Shown: positions 38,748 to 53,845, counted from the first letter of the stretch. The stretch is 64,000 nucleotides of DNA from Spongospora subterranea f. sp. subterranea (GCA_049724395.1 JAUGWO010000024.1:62001-126000), one strand, 5' to 3'. Numbers and translations are program-made. The notes: generated by a model from the letters alone, not told the origin.

Positions 38748-39360
38748 CTATCGTGCCCATTTTTCACACAATCCTTGATAACATGTAAGACCATGCGCAT
38801 TGGTTATATTGTCGACGGCGCCCTTGCTGATCAAGTACTCGCCAAGCGGAAAATACCCATATGCAAAACAGTAGTGTAGCGCTGTATTTCCAGATATCTA
38901 TGACGATTTTCAATACAGATTAAGCTAGTTGATGAGATACTCATAGGATACATTTTGATGGTTGATGTCGGCGCCACGTCGAAGTGCCAGTTTCACCTGA
39001 AACAGATTAGCCATCGTGGTTGGAAAGTGTCGGCTATCATACCAGCCTCAGGTTTCCAAATTGTGCAGCAAGCACCAAGAGAGTATTCCCAGCGGCGTCA
39101 TGACTAGAAGTGTCAAATTCCACGGTTTCATCGTCAATCAGACCTTCCACTTCTTTGTAGCTCATTTCTGTGCAGGCGCGGTGTGGCATGCTTGATGGAC
39201 GCGTAAACCGTTCTACGAATATTTGTCAATACGACGTTCTGCCTTTCCCGCCACGACCGTATTCAATCTACCAATAGCTCTTGGAGACGTTTTCCTATTG
39301 TCCCTAGTCGGTGACGACACTGGAGTATGAAAGATCTGCTGATCATCCTCCCGATCGGAT
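38748..39360 (-). CDS. 3' exons of an ankyrin-repeat protein (5' end uncertain, possibly to about 40260)
   Basis: Absent from the ORF track. Spliced exons read DAAGNTLLVLAAQFGNLRL|VKLALRRGADINHQN|ISGNTALHYCFAYGYFPLGEYLISKGAVDNITNAHGLTCYQGLCEKWAR*. Confidence 0.8.
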
Positions 39361-40799
39361 GATGATCCCGATATGATATCACTCATTGTATTACCCCAAT
39401 GACACAGGCAGGAAGGGGCCCCTCTGCCGGCCAGACAGACAGGATCATGTTACCCAATGTTACCTGGTGCAGTGGGGTGGGTGGCGCTACACCCACTGCC
39501 TGAATCATACTTGCCCATCTGTCTCCCTGTTGAGGACGACGAGTACGACATGAAAAGATAATAACAGATTCATCCATCAGGGACCCGGGAAGCGAACAGG
39601 TCATTAGTGGCAATTTCTGTGCAGGAGGTGGGCTTTAACCCAAGAGACATTGCAGAGAAGGCTGCACCCTGCGTTTTGTAGACGATAATTCGTCGGCATT
39701 TAACGGAAAATCTCACCAAATATTCAGCAGGACGTCGGCGCCACGAACTGGAGTTTGACACATGTATATGTTCACGAAATGAAAATCGATTATGTAAACC
39801 CTAGTCCCTCTAAACACGATGGAGCACAGACCTGAGATCGTACAACCCGCTTGATTCCAGTGAACCTACCCGCACAAATTCAAACTACGTTATCGGGATT
39901 GCTTTGCCCTTGAATCTGCTTGACTACGTCGCCATTTGGTCCACGCCGTTTGTGCATTCGATAGCTTGAACAAATTCGTCAACGAGCATTTCCTGTTGTT
40001 CAGCTGGTGGTTCTCCCTGCGGCAAGTATTAACCGTTGTGTCCACTCTCAAGCACAGGAGCCGTCTCGCAATCCATGTCGCCTCCCCGATTCGACCATGA
40101 TGCGCTTCTCATGATCGGATATTCGGGCTGTAAAATGGTTTCGATACTGAACAGCATTCTGAGGTCTATATTCATAGGCCTAAGATTTCAAAGCCGATTC
40201 ATCCAACGTCTCGCCGTAGTCTCTGGCACAATCATCACAAATGGCAGTCCAATTTCATTTTACAATTGCATAGTGAGAGGAAGTTGAACCGGAAAGCGTT
40301 TCATTTCGCTGTGATATTCTCATGATGTTAGCGACGTAATCTGGTGGTACAAAAAGAGTAACCAAACATTCCTTCAGATGCATTTTCGCCGAAAATATTG
40401 CTGTAGCAATGATATCACCGTGGCTCGTTTGGCAAAAGTTCGAACTTTATTCATAGACGGACAAGTCTAAGGCTTTTGGCTTTGACCGCTTTCGATTTCT
40501 TAGGATAAAGCTTTGGACGATCAACACTTTTGGTCTCGGAAATGCTAATTCTGAACTCAAAATGAATCCAATTCGATAAGCACAACTGGATCAAAGCGAG
40601 AGGTGTTACTCCTTCCTTCATGTTATGATTAGGGAGAAGAACAGGAAATGGTGAAAATACAGCACTTGATGGCAAACCAGTAACAGAGGATTGAGAGAGT
40701 CAAAGATGTACTGATGGGTCACTGGTGTAGTATTACGGCATAATCTATCAACCTCCTGTTACAACAGGCGTTGGCCAGGTCGGTCATGCATTGGTTGTC

Positions 40800-41978
40800 A
40801 TGGCAGGGGAAATGTGTGCATGGTCACCGATTTTGTTGAATAACTTCACGATGATCATCCCGTATCTTGATGCGACTGACTTGCGGGTGTTTCCCTGCGT
40901 ATCCACTCAGATATCTGCAGGTAATCGCCTTCGCATTTTACGTCGATACTTTCATATTGGGAGGTATCCAGTTTTACACAATCGAAGCCCCAAATTCTGG
41001 ATGCGGTTATACATGTCTTCTGTCGATTCTCGTCCATGTCCTTCTGTACTGGGTCGCCGTCCCATAACATGTCTTAGGGATTATATCGGTGAATCTCGCA
41101 AAGTGTTCATCCAAAACACTGATCATCGCGTGTTCCGACTGGAAGACATACGTCCGTTCACAACGGTCAAAACTTTTTGTCATCGATTTGCTTTCAGCGC
41201 AACCCATTTTGAGATATTCACCATAGACGGGGAGCAAATCATCATCGATCCGAATATCACCTCGCAATATGCCAATGCGCTCTTACTCCCCGGACACATT
41301 CTTCAAATATGGGAAAAACTTTATCGCCAACCACAAATCGCATATCTAACTTTCGTTTATGTGTGTCGAGGAGAATATACTCATCACGTATTGCCGTTTA
41401 ATCGGTTGTCACACCAATCGTCATCATTCAATGACCCCATTGCCGATCAATATCCGTCAATAGCGAGATATTTACACTCAGGTCGACCATGGCTGATATA
41501 TCGCAACGTCCAAAAGGTTGTCAGAGATCGGACAAGACGTAAACGGGGAAATCGACGCTCCCACTATTATTCTCATGACTTCACCGATGTGAATGACATC
41601 CTCGAACAACTCGATAATTGGTTGTCCCGTGGCAATCCAGTACCACGGGCTGAGAATGTTGCGAGTGTTGATCTGTCCTTTCCAAGTTTGTACTGGTGGA
41701 TTAGATCTTATTCCGACACAATCAGGCACGAATATCCTCTCGATTCTTTCGGAGTCGTCTTCTTTCTATCTGGCAAATATTGGATACGGCTTTACTTTAT
41801 TCCTGTATCACCAGAAGTGGTCTGGCCATCACCGGTTCGGGGATTCCAAACGCTATATGAGCTGTTTACAGAACTGAATCGAATCGGGGAAATTCTGAAC
41901 AGATTCGTCTCAGATTCCATTGCAATTTATAGTTCCTTGTTCAGACATAATGACAGTTATCGTGAAGTTATTTCTTAG
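40800..41978 (+). CDS. F-box-like/ubiquitin-like family paralogue 1 (intron 40921-40971)
   Basis: Exon 1 IIPYLDATDLRVFPCVSTQI. The 51-nt GTAATC..CCAG intron is in frame with no stop. UBL-like KVFIQNTDHRVFRLEDIRPFTTVK...LLPGHILQIW. Confidence 0.85.
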   Translation: MAGEMCAWSPILLNNFTMIIPYLDATDLRVFPCVSTQISAGNRLRILRRYFHIGRYPVLHNRSPKFWMRLYMSSVDSRPCPSVLGRRPITCLRDYIGESRKVFIQNTDHRVFRLEDIRPFTTVKTFCHRFAFSATHFEIFTIDGEQIIIDPNITSQYANALLLPGHILQIWEKLYRQPQIAYLTFVYVCRGEYTHHVLPFNRLSHQSSSFNDPIADQYPSIARYLHSGRPWLIYRNVQKVVRDRTRRKRGNRRSHYYSHDFTDVNDILEQLDNWLSRGNPVPRAENVASVDLSFPSLYWWIRSYSDTIRHEYPLDSFGVVFFLSGKYWIRLYFIPVSPEVVWPSPVRGFQTLYELFTELNRIGEILNRFVSDSIAIYSSLFRHNDSYREVIS

Positions 41979-44039
41979 CCCGCTTCACAGGATGTTGCCT
42001 CAAATATTGCTCAGGAATGTCGATGCTGTGTCATCCTTTTACGTACGCAAAGGGTTTTTTTATAATAAATTGTTCTGATTCCGATATCGAATCTTCATCG
42101 TACCATCAGTATCCTTCTGTGGATTCATCACACTCTCTTTTGTCAACAGTGGAGCAACTCGCATATATCGACGATCACAACATCCAGCGGTGTCAGGTAA
42201 TCATTTGCATTCATCCTTGATCGTCAGTTTTTTTATGATGTTTCCTCTGCAAATAGATCCCCAGGGGTCTTGTGGTTATACTTCTGGTGCTGTTATATCA
42301 TGTGCGATCTCATCCTCGTGAACGATTTCTTGGGTCATCCTTCTTCAATAATTTGGGGGAAAGCATGCCTTTTTGCACCCTTTTACAGCGAATGTTATAT
42401 TTGCCCTTTCATCACGTTTGACAACGGCAACAAACCGGTCAATGTTATCCCAGCGGTTTTTAATTAACCACAAATCATAATTACCTGCTAAGTTCCTTTT
42501 TTCGAAGTCAAAGCATCAACACCACTTAAAGGAACGATATTTGTTCGAACAATGTCATATAAAACGACAGCCCCATTTCTTCGTGGAATAAATCTGGCCC
42601 GATAACTGCCGAAAAACGACCGTTCACCCTCATGGATTCAGGACATCAAAGCTGCTCACTTTCCATATCCATGCCAGTTTCGATGAATAACACCTTCTTC
42701 GAAAACGTCACCTTCGTGTTGCAGTGAATTACTTTCAGGTGGCAACAGGTCCAGCCCCTCGACAACGTTCGTCGAAAGCCAGAGGTTCACCAGCCATTTG
42801 GGCGATCGGGAATAGGTGAAGCTATTGAAGAAGGTGGTATCCATCGTAATTGGCATGGATAAGGAATGTCAACAGCTCTGATGTCCTGAAATCATGACTA
42901 TGAACGGTCGTGATTGGCAGATATCCAACCAAAGACTGGGGCTGCCCTATATATGCCATTGTTTCAAACAAATGTCGGTCCTCTAAGTGGTTTTCTTGTT
43001 TATGACGACCTAATCAACAACAACGGTTGACTGCTCCCTAAATATTTAGGAGCAGTGCAACCTCTCAAGGTTCGTCTTCTGTACTCTAATGAAGCGTGCA
43101 TGGATTGTTGAAGCGGATAATGCTCTGGTCAAGATGGTGGCAGTCCCTGGTTGAACTCGGAGAAGGGGTGATTGTTTCACGAACTTTTCTAAACCTGATT
43201 GTGATATTGCGCGATCCACTTGCGACTTGAGTGCATGTAAACTGAAATCAAAGATATATTTCCGCCATCGAGCAATATCACTGATTTGATGCGAAAGATG
43301 CATGAATCGTCGATCATTCTTCATGCCATGCGTTGAACGAGCCTTCGTAGTTTCAACACAGTTTGAATGACCATACCTTTGTTGAGTGTCTGGACGTCCC
43401 AATTAGTTGCAACGGATGCTGTCCCTTAGCCGCATTAACAATAGGCGAAATTAGGAGTAGTTCGGTTTTTGTACGAGCGTTAGGTGTCGCAAAAAGGCAC
43501 TGTTGATAGTGACACACGAATGGGATGGCGTTGCTCGATGTTGCAAACCACACCCGTCGAGATTCAGATACCGCTCAGCGATACACCTTCCATCAAGGTT
43601 CTGATTTTACGGTCGATGTACGCCATTCAGAATAGTATTGCAGCCAACGATGAAAATCCCTTTGAGCTTGCAAGAAGGTACTTGAGCTGGTGGTTTGCCC
43701 ATTCTCTCGCTTCACCGGAGTCGTCATTGGGTGCTGGATATCATATGCGCTCGAAATAACCCACCGCTTCATGATGCCAATCCAATCCGTTGTTTTGCTG
43801 TAGTGGGTTGATTCGCTTGATTGGCTCCTTTGAAACAACATTATGAAATAATGACATGGGAAAATGCGATTGTGGTTTTTCCAGAGATTGTTGCCATCTG
43901 ATCATATCCACGGTCAGAGAGTACCTACCCGTCCAATGGACGGTTCAGCGATGTGTAGTTTGTTCTAAGTGCGGATTCATGTGAATTACGTGCAATGCGC
44001 AGGCGATGGCCGATCCCTTTCATAACTGCATCGGTGTCC

Positions 44040-45237
44040 ATGGCCAAGCAAATATGCGCATCGACCCTTTTTTTTATGGATAACTTCTCGTTGATCGTCC
44101 CGTATCTGGATACAACTGACTTGTTTATATTTCCCTGCATATCGAATCAGATTTGTGCAGGTAATCGCCTTCCCACTTTACGTCAATGCAATTCATGTTG
44201 AGAGTTATCCAGATTTACACAATCGAGGCCCACAGTTCTGGATGAAGCTATACCGAGCGTCTGTTGATTTTCGTCCATGGTCTTCTATACCCATAACATG
44301 TCTCAGGGATTATACTTATCTAGCTCGCAAACTTTTCGTTCGTAACATTTGTGATGAATTGTTCCACCTGGAATACATTCCTCCTTTCACCACGATCAGG
44401 ACATTCTGCCATGGCTTTTCTGACGGCGCGACCCATTTTGAGATATCGACAATCGATGGGGATATACTCAACTTCGATCCGAACAGCACCTCGAAATATG
44501 TCAACACGCTCTTACGGCCAGGGCACATTGTTCAGATTTGGAGACGACTTTCTAACCACCCACAACTCGCGTATCCAAGTCTCGTTTATTTGTGTTTAGG
44601 AGAGTATACCTATCACATATTGCGGTTCAATCGGTTGTCATACCAATCGCCATCATTCAACGACCCCATTGCCGATCAATTTCCGTCAATAGCAAGATAT
44701 TTACAGACAGGTCGACCATGGACGTTATATCGCGACTTCCAAAAGGTTCTCCAATATCGTAAAACAGACAATGGAGGAGCTCGACGTATCCACAATTATT
44801 CTCATGACTGCACCGATATGACCGGTATATTCAAAAACCTCGAGGATCGGTGCACCGTTTTCAATCCATCACCAGAGGCTGAGGGCGTCGCGAGTGCCGA
44901 TCTGTCCTTTCAATACTTGTACTGGTGGATTAGATATTATATCGGCCCAAGTGTTTATTACTATCGTCCCGATTCCTTTGGAGTCGTCTTCTTCTTTGCT
45001 GGCAGATATTGGATACGGCTTTCCTTTATTCCTGTATCACCAGAAGTGGTCTGGCCATCCCCGGTTCGGGGGTTCCACACGCTATATGAACTGTTTACAG
45101 AACTGAATCGGATCGGGGAAATTCTTTACCTACTCCACAATCATTACGATGCGGTAAAAAATTCATTGATCAGACTCGTCGATGTTGATTGTAAGCAGGG
45201 TGGTTGTGGAATATTTCGAAGCTGTAGCATCTATTGA
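44040..45237 (+). CDS. F-box-like/ubiquitin-like family paralogue 2 (intron 44161-44212)
   Basis: Aligns with paralogue 1 over its length. The 52-nt intron restores the frame (ICA|DLHNRGPQFW). Confidence 0.85.
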
Positions 45238-48200
45238 CCTACACACTAGTTTCTCATAATAAATTAGTTTCATTCATCCCCGTCAGCACATCGCTAAATA
45301 CTGTTCTGGTCGAGCCTGTTCCTCCGTCCCCCGTTATTGTCTGGGAGGAGATATTCGCTCTTGACGATCTGTGTTCAGATGGATGCACCATCGTGATTCA
45401 GCAGAGTTTTCGCTCCTACTTGTTACGTCAAATCAAACTCAATTTTGCCAGGAATTATCGGACCTGTCGTTGATCTTGACACACATTCCAACCCCACCGC
45501 GAAATTCTGAAATTCAGAGCTTATTTGACGCACGAGAACAACTCATCTGAAACAGACTCACCTTTCACGATCCGAAATGGCAAAGATTATCTTACAGCTC
45601 GTTGCAATCGCGGCCGGAACGTGCCGTTGGACGACTACGCCGTCCTGAAACTTACGCCATCAGGGAATCCCAGTGCAATAACTCTAACGAAACGATTGAG
45701 GCCGTTCCAATCCCCATCCACATCGCGATCGAGTCCCCACACCTGATTATGGGTTTATTTGCCAGGCGGGCCTAATCCCCTGATTATCTTAAACATCTTT
45801 AGACTGCTCCCGTCCGACACCTGTACCCAGATGCTCTCAGCCTGGGTTTTGCCAAATTCCCCGACCCTGACCATGAAGACCCTGTTCTTTTTTCATTAAA
45901 ATCATGACCCATTTAGCGCCATGTCAGCCTTCTTGGTCTTCCACTTGGATGCCTAAACATCTTGATCTTCGATACTACGATCGAGTGTGCCAATTGACAC
46001 ACGTGGGTCGAGCGGAGGGAAAACGAACGATCATTCGCTTTTCATAAAGCTTGGGTTTGTTGAATTGCGCTGTGTAATCGACCTGATAAGATACTCAAAG
46101 AAATGCAATCCTCCTACACCCACCCATTTTCTATGGCCTGTACGGGTATTCGCACCCGGAACGGCCTTGGAATTAGTTTTTCCAGAGAGTAAACGGCGTT
46201 AGGAAATGCTGCAAATCATCATCGAAGCTTTAATATGAGAAAACGACCCCGCGTTGATTCGTACGATCATGGTTATTGCGTGTTTTCCTGACACAAAATC
46301 AGGTTACTTGACATTGTGGCCTCCTCTGAATCCCAACGTTCAACCGTAGAAGCGTTCGGATTTGGCTGAAAACTCTCCATGCAACCATATCACCGTTCAG
46401 AACTGTTTCTTCGTCTTCCAGGCATGAATCTCAGCGATACTTTCTTCGTTTCCCTGGTTGTAAAACTCGCCACTGATTTCTTATCAATGTTTTGATTTTT
46501 GCGTCCCGATTGTTCGATCATCTTGAGTGTTTTTTGTTATGAGGTTTACTGATTCCTCTGACAAATCGAATCGAACAGTTCTTTCCGCCTGAGAATATGC
46601 CAACGGCTTCACCGTTTTTCCGGCGTGTTCCTGCATCCATTGTATTGCGGTATTTGATCCTTCGAAGAAGACATTTTTGATTGTGCCTTATTGGCTGTCA
46701 CCTCGGGAAACTGGAGCCAAATCAAATCATTGCCAGAAGTAGAAGTCATCTCTGAAGCTTGCTGCCGTCGTTGGGTGATTGAGACCTTGACGTATAGAAC
46801 CCTTATGCGGGCGCCTGAGCGCTAGGAAAACAATCGATTTACAGAATGTTTGTGGGTCAGTTAGAGATGCTTGTGCCACTCTTCGTGATAATTAACTTGC
46901 ATTCTGGAAATTGTTTGATGATATTTCAATTATGTGCCTTAGTTTGTTAACGATGAAGTCCTAATGTGCCACCAAAGTGATTTAGGGTCAACATGATTTT
47001 AAATTGTTACGGATCATAAGGACCTGGTTGCTCTTTATGATCGAACCTCTTCCAATGTGTTAATGCATCGTCCTACTCTCGACAAATCCACCGATGGCGG
47101 CTGCATTTGGATGGCAAGCGATACGTGATTGGACATTGGTGCAAGATGGGAGCATGATGGCCTGAGGACTTAACCTATAGCAAATTCGAGATTGGCATCA
47201 ATTGGTGAGACCCCTGGAATTGATCATCCTGATGGTAAATGGTGATTTTCATCGCCAGACTTGCATTCCATTCAAAAAAAATCGAACAGGGCCAATTCGG
47301 TGGATAGGAATTGAGTCAATTGAAGGTGCAGATTTGAGGTCCAGATTTATAAGGATTTGCTGATTTTTCTATTGCGCATTGTTGTTGCTGGAAAGTCAGC
47401 TGTGAAATCGTATTCGCGCATAAATGCAGATTTTGTGGAATTCCATGGAGCGAAGGTTGGAAGCTTTTTGTTCCAGCTGCTTACATTATTCCATTGTAAA
47501 AACATAGAGGTGGGAAAGTCATCCCTCGACCTTAAAGGACAAGCCACTCATGGTTCTAGTGCAAATCGCGTCATTCATGTTGACTTCAATCTCGTTGGGC
47601 TACCAACGTCGCGAAAATTCAGGCATCTTAGTACCATTGGTGACGACATCTGTTGGCTAACTGATATCCCTGTGTTGACGGCTGGTGTGTCGAGTTGCTA
47701 ATGTATCGGTGTCCGATAGAGGTCTTTTAAAAAAAAACATTCTACATTGGCCTAGTGTCCCTGGTATAATGGAAACTATTGAATTGATCAAATCTCGTTT
47801 GGTGCAAATGTTGCCGCCGTTTTATCTCTGACTTCCGATTAAGGACTTGTCAGACACCAACCTATGATCGATTGTATTTCCAATTGCCAGGCAAAATGGA
47901 CATCTGAACCCTTGATTCACTATTGTCTGAATCGACGCATGCATCAGACCGACTGGCGTTATTGATGGGACTACCGTCCAGTTCAACAGTTGATGCCATT
48001 TGGAAATCCTAACAAGAAAAGGTCCTCACTGATCGTCTGGACGCAACTCAACTCTACAAATTTGTAAAACCTCTACAGAGGCGGATCGAAGGATTCTGTG
48101 CAGTTGACCAGGCGCGCGAGCAGCTAATCTGACCTCGACAACGTACATTAATGTGTGTTAGCTACTCTGCAGCAATGTTCACTTATACTCGTATTTTGCA

Positions 48201-49038
48201 GTAAATACCTTGGATTACTATGGATTCTGCTGCCCTCATAACTTGCGATCAATGTTCAAAACAGATCTCATTAAATAATTTTAAGCGACACATTAAACGC
48301 ACTCTGCAGGTGCGGCTCGTTTAACAATTATTAAATCATTGAATTCCGATATTCAGAAACATTTTCATGAATCTACAGATTCCGCTATTGCGATCTCAAA
48401 GTGCAGCTTTAAATGTATGATATTCTCAGCTACGTTTACAAAAAGAATTGAATCAAATAACGCATTTACAATCGGTATGTAAGGGCTTCTTCAATTTCAT
48501 CAGTTCGTTTTATTTTTGGATAAGGTTCATGAAAACGTAGTCCCTATAGCTGAGAAACAGTATCCCTCGGAAGCTGGTCGACTCAATACCCACATCCCAA
48601 TACGTTAACAGAAGGGGAAGAGCGAAGTTCGAAGACTATTCGAAGCTATCGTTTGTTTGCCGTCTTTCTCGAGAGGCAAAACGACACATTCCCTCCAGAA
48701 AAGAACGAATCTCGATTTTCAATTTGCAGCCGTACTGTACTGCAAAATACATTTGAGTGAAGTACAGGTGCAAATTGAAAAACGAGAATCCGTGTGAAGT
48801 AGTACATGATTTTGGTAAAAGAACAAACGGCAAAATACATACGAGTATAAGTGAACATTAATGCAGAGTATAAGCTAACATACACTAAATGTACGTTGTC
48901 GAAGCTGCTCGCAGTCGACGGTTTGTGTTGAGGGGTTGAGAGTTACGGACATTATCCAGATCACTGTTACACTGTAATGATTCCGACAACAATTCCAGAA
49001 AGGCGTTGCGCGGTCATTTCGTGCCTGGATTGGTGTAA

Positions 49039-50225
49039 ATGACATTTGAATCATGCACATGGACACATTTTTTGTTGGATAACTTCACGATGATTATCCC
49101 GTATCTAGATGCGAATGAGTTGTTGGTGCTTCCCTGCTTATCGACTCAGATATCTGCAGGTAATCGCCTCCCCATTTACTTCGATACTTACTCATATCGT
49201 GGGGTTATCCAGATATACGGAATCGAGGCCGACAGTTCTGGATGCGGTTATACAAGTCTTCTATTGACTCTCCTCCATGTCCTTCTGTCCGCATAACATG
49301 TCTTAGGGATTATATCGGTAAAGCTAGAACACTTTTGATTCAAAACACAGTTTATGACTTGTCCCGATTGGACAACATATCTCCGTTCACCACGATCAAG
49401 GTATTGTGCGACCGCTTTTCTAACAGCGCGACCCATTTTGAAATATCCACTGCACATGGTGATCAAATCATCAAATTCGATCAGAACAACACCTCGCAAT
49501 ATGTTAATACGCTCTTACGGCCAGGACACATTGTTCAGATATGGAGCAGACGTTATCGAGATTCACAACTCGCATATCCAAAGGTCGTTTATGTGTGTCG
49601 AACAAAATATGATCACATATTGCCGTTTAATCGGTTGTCACACCAATCGCCATCATTTAATGACCCCATTGCCGATCAATATCCGTCAATAACGAGCTAT
49701 TTACACACAGGTCGACCATGGCTGATATGTCGCCACTTCCAGAGAGTTCTTCGGAGAAGCGGAAGCCGAAAACGGGGAACTCTCCGTTACGTTTATCGTA
49801 ATTTCTCCGATATGAACGATATCTTCAAGCAACTCGAGTGTCATTTGTTTCGTGACAATCGAGCGCCACAGGTTGAAGGCGTTGCGAGTGCCGATCTGTC
49901 CCTTCGGAATTTGTACTGGTGGATTAGATGGTTTTGGGACGAGAGCAGGCACGAGTATTATGGCGATTCTTTCGGAGTCGTCTTCTTTTTATCTGGCAAA
50001 TATTGGATACGGCTTAACTTTATTCCTGTATCACCAGACGTGGTCTGGCCATCCCCGGTTCGGGGATTCTACACGCTATATGAAATGTTTACAGAACTGA
50101 ATCGGATCGGGGAAATTCTTAACCGGCTCGTCCATACTTCACCTACGGGTACTGAATCGGATCGAGGAAATTTTTCACCAGTTCAACCATACTTCCCCTC
50201 GTTCCGTTATCAGACACTTCGATAG
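49039..50225 (+). CDS. F-box-like/ubiquitin-like family paralogue 3 (intron 49160-49212)
   Basis: Same architecture. The 53-nt intron restores the frame (ISA|DIRNRGRQFW). Confidence 0.85.
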
Positions 50226-51964
50226 GAAAGTTGTTCCGCCGCGACGTCAAGTTGTTTCTCAGCAAAATCCATGCTGTAGCGTCCTTTGACGTACACATCA
50301 GTTTTGTTTTAATACATTGTTCTGATCTTGTCCCGTCAACATATCGTTGAACATCGTTCTGGTTGAACCTGTTCTCGAGTTGTGTTTGTGAAGGATACTC
50401 ACCGCTGGTGCTTGGCTGTGAATGGATTTGTTTCAATTTAGGCAGAGTTTGCATTCCGCTTGATATCCAATCATCAGTTGCTGCAAAAAGTCATTGGACC
50501 TGTCTCTGATCTTGACGCCCCGCCAACCCGTTGTGAAAGTTCTTCACCTGGCTCAAAAACGGCTTCACCTGTTTCTTCTGTATCACCATTTTCGAAATCC
50601 CGAACATAGTTTCGACTCAACAGAACAGTAAGCGAATGTGGACCAGAAACCCCTGCTGTTTTTCGTTTAGCCTGTTTCATTATTTGATACCTGGTACTGA
50701 AAGTTGGCTCTCGGATGACTCAATCGAACTATTTCAGTTCTAGATCCCGTTTGTTACAATGGCGAACTCGCTAGAACTTCACAGCCCCGTATCTGCTTGT
50801 TTCCGCTTCATGCTTGTGATTATCGAAAATGCCATCGTATTTCAAACCATTTAGTTTTCTATGGCTTTTGAAAGAGTCATTCGATGTATATCCGCTTCTC
50901 TGTCTCCGTCTACATCATTTGCCAAAATTGCATTCATTCGACGATGGACGAGGTCGCGATCTAACAACGGCACTGTCAGCATGGTCAGGGGCTTCGACAT
51001 CCCGAACGCCATTCTGATCATGATCACATGCCTTAATCTACAACAACAGCAGTTTAGATCTTACACTTTTGCAAACACAGGGGGACTACCGAGCATTGGG
51101 CGACTGTCGTCTGGTTTCTGTACTGTATAGCTAAAGCGCCATGGATTGCCTTAGACCAGTGCACTGCTAGCTGGGCCAGGGCAATCATCAAGACACGTAA
51201 TGGTTAAACCATTCTCATAGGGCGATTTGATTGTTGAGACAATGATTATGTCAATTGGTTTTCTGGTTATCGATTGATCACAGGTTGTTTTTGTCAGCAT
51301 ATTGATGTTTATGAAGTCATCACTGTATTCCTGAAGGCAAACAATTTTCTGTTTCGAAGTTAGCATCAATAAGTCCAGAGACACCTGATGTTGTGCAACC
51401 GATGATGGGTGGCGATTTTCAGGACCGGATTTACAGTAATTCGAGAAGATTATATCAGGCACAATACGTTGGATAATAATGCTATCATGGATGACAGATG
51501 AATGAGTCAGACGGCGAGGAGAAATTGATTTTCCAGATTCTGAGAACCTGCTGAAATTACGTCAATTTGATTACTGCGCATTGTGGAGCTGCTGAATATT
51601 GAGCTGCAGAATCGGCATTATTCGTACTCAAGTCTAGATTTCTTTGGAAATCCATCTTGCCTTTGTCTAGCTGCCTACATTGTACAACAAATAGGGCCCG
51701 GGAAGCCATCCTTAGACCTTAGAACTGATGTCTAGAGGCGGCCGCGACTCGTCGGAGTTGCCCCGATTCAGGATTCGTCAAAAGTACTGTATTCTCTGAC
51801 CACCCAAGCAGGATTGTTTGCCGGTCAACGCCCCAATATATAGACACTTTCTGATTTGATAGCATTGGATCATACTGTATAAGTCGTGTGCCCGGAATCA
51901 CGCACCACCAGACCGCATCAGTTCAGCGGGTTTGTTCTGAGTTTATGAAAACCGACGTGATTCT

Positions 51965-52870
51965 TTGGGCAAGGCATCAGCAGGTCACCGGTATATTGAC
52001 AGGTTCAGAGCGGGTCATTACCACCGACCGCTCTCGAGATTGAGACCAGTGTCACTGCCGCCGATGAGCAGCGACATCAGCCAAGATCTCGCGAACTCCT
52101 ATTCCATCTACACATCGACCTCAACACATGCCATGGATGGACATTACCGAATCCTGACTATCAGCGAACCTGCCAAAGGAATACTGGCAGTTTGCGATGT
52201 CCATATCACGAACCGGCTGTCCACCACGACCGGTCTGAGCCTGCCAAGTTACGTCAGCCACTTCCACATTCTCGGCTGTCGAGCATACCCGACCATCCCC
52301 AAGCAGAAGCGCCAGAAGCTGGGCGACAAGACCAGGCCTTGCACCTTCTTTTGGCTACCCGGCTGGCGAAAAGGGTTTATCATTGATGGATCAGATGACG
52401 GGAAGGAGGCTCTGCTCATGGGCGGTTACGTTTGACGAGACGTAGATTCAAGAGTGTCCCCAGAGATAATAACGCGGTTGATACTTTTCAACCCATGGCC
52501 TCCAGTCGGAGTCAGCCCAGCGAAAACCGAGACGATGGCGACCAAATCGAACCCGTCACTATAAACGAACCAGAGGTCGAAGGTGACGACGAGTTACAAA
52601 AAAGTACACCACCGAGGAGAGCGGGGAAGCCGTTTTAACTGATAAATTCGACCAGGACTAAGAGGCGACGCTGCCAAAGAAATCCCTAAGACCTTTCAAG
52701 GCGACGCGATTAACATGGAACGGCGCCAGCTGCCCTCTCGCATTAGAAAGCTACCCGTACGATTTATGAAGGAGCAAGAAGACTTTAGACGCAAAGCAGG
52801 CTCCCACCAAACTCTCGTGGCCAGAGATCGAGAACCGACAACCGCCGTGGAAGACTCATCAAATCCATCG
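51965..52870 (+). mobile_element. Ty1/copia integrase C-terminal (SH3-like) relic
   Basis: VSHFHILGCRAYPTIPKQKRQKLGDKTRPCTF, then linker RQLPSRIRKLPVRF and EPTT. Confidence 0.75.
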
Positions 52871-53630
52871 GTCTTCACGAGAAATGTTAGATATTGATTC
52901 TCAATCGTATTGGCATTGGACAAATCGGGTAATTGGGCAGAGATGTATTGTTGGCCAAGTTCAGGTGCCTTTGAGCAGCGCAATTCGTGTGTGTGAAAGC
53001 GTCCCATACGAAATTGAGTTTCGGTTCGAGTGACAGCCCGGTCAACCTCTCCATATGTATTGTCCTGAATCGTCCTCAACAAATTTCCTAAAAAAGATCT
53101 GCGAATTTCAAATCCCATTGAGAGATCAAAACACGCAACGTCGATGTTTCTCCGATTTTGTAAAAGTTGAAATAGAGGGTCATGATAATTTACAGTTGTT
53201 GTTATCCATTCTGTTGGCGGGTTCCTTTGTCTAGCAATCTCGCATACGATGAGGTAAAGTAGGCCGGGGTTGAATGATAGTTCGGGAAATGTTGGTAGAC
53301 ACGTTAGAGTTTTTCGATTTGATGTGTAAAACAAGCGTCGTAGGTGGATTGCAAAGGCATTCGCAAAATGCGGGCAAGATCCATGGGTTGACGATCAAAC
53401 CGAGTTTGAGAACCACCTTGCATCGCTGGACGAATGCACCGTTTACATGTAAATGAAATCTACAAATGAACAGATACTTCTGGAGTAATAAAACAGGCAG
53501 ATGCCGTCCGATTTTCATGCCTTGGCAATCCACCTACGACGGTTGTTTCCTGGCATTGATAATCATAGGCGCTTTCGATCATTACTGTACCGAGGTCGGG
53601 CGTACAGACTGCGAGTGTACAGTAAACGGG

Positions 53631-53706
53631 AGGCCACGCTACAGAAGGAATGTCACTGAAGGCCACGCTACAGAAGGAATGTCACTGAAGGCCACGCTCA
53701 AAGAAG
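53631..53706. repeat. 29-bp tandem repeat (about 2.5 copies)
   Basis: aggccacgctacagaaggaatgtcactga repeated. Confidence 0.9.
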
Positions 53707-53845
53707 GCTGCGCCTAGGAGGCTCCGCGCCAGTGAACACAATGGTTGGACTCATAGTCGCGGCTCCACATCTGTCGGTTCTACGGTAATCGTTGGTTTCG
53801 GCGCTGAAGACTACCTGCTGGCCCAGTTCTCCAGGATAGAGCATT

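Noticed and set aside
44155..44215. Shared N-terminal frameshift or programmed frameshifting in family copies 2-4
   Set aside because: A conserved 50-53-nt GT-AG intron restores the frame in every copy.
45500..48900. Possible genes or TEs between family copies 2 and 3
   Set aside because: Only short disrupted ORFs with no motif I could identify.
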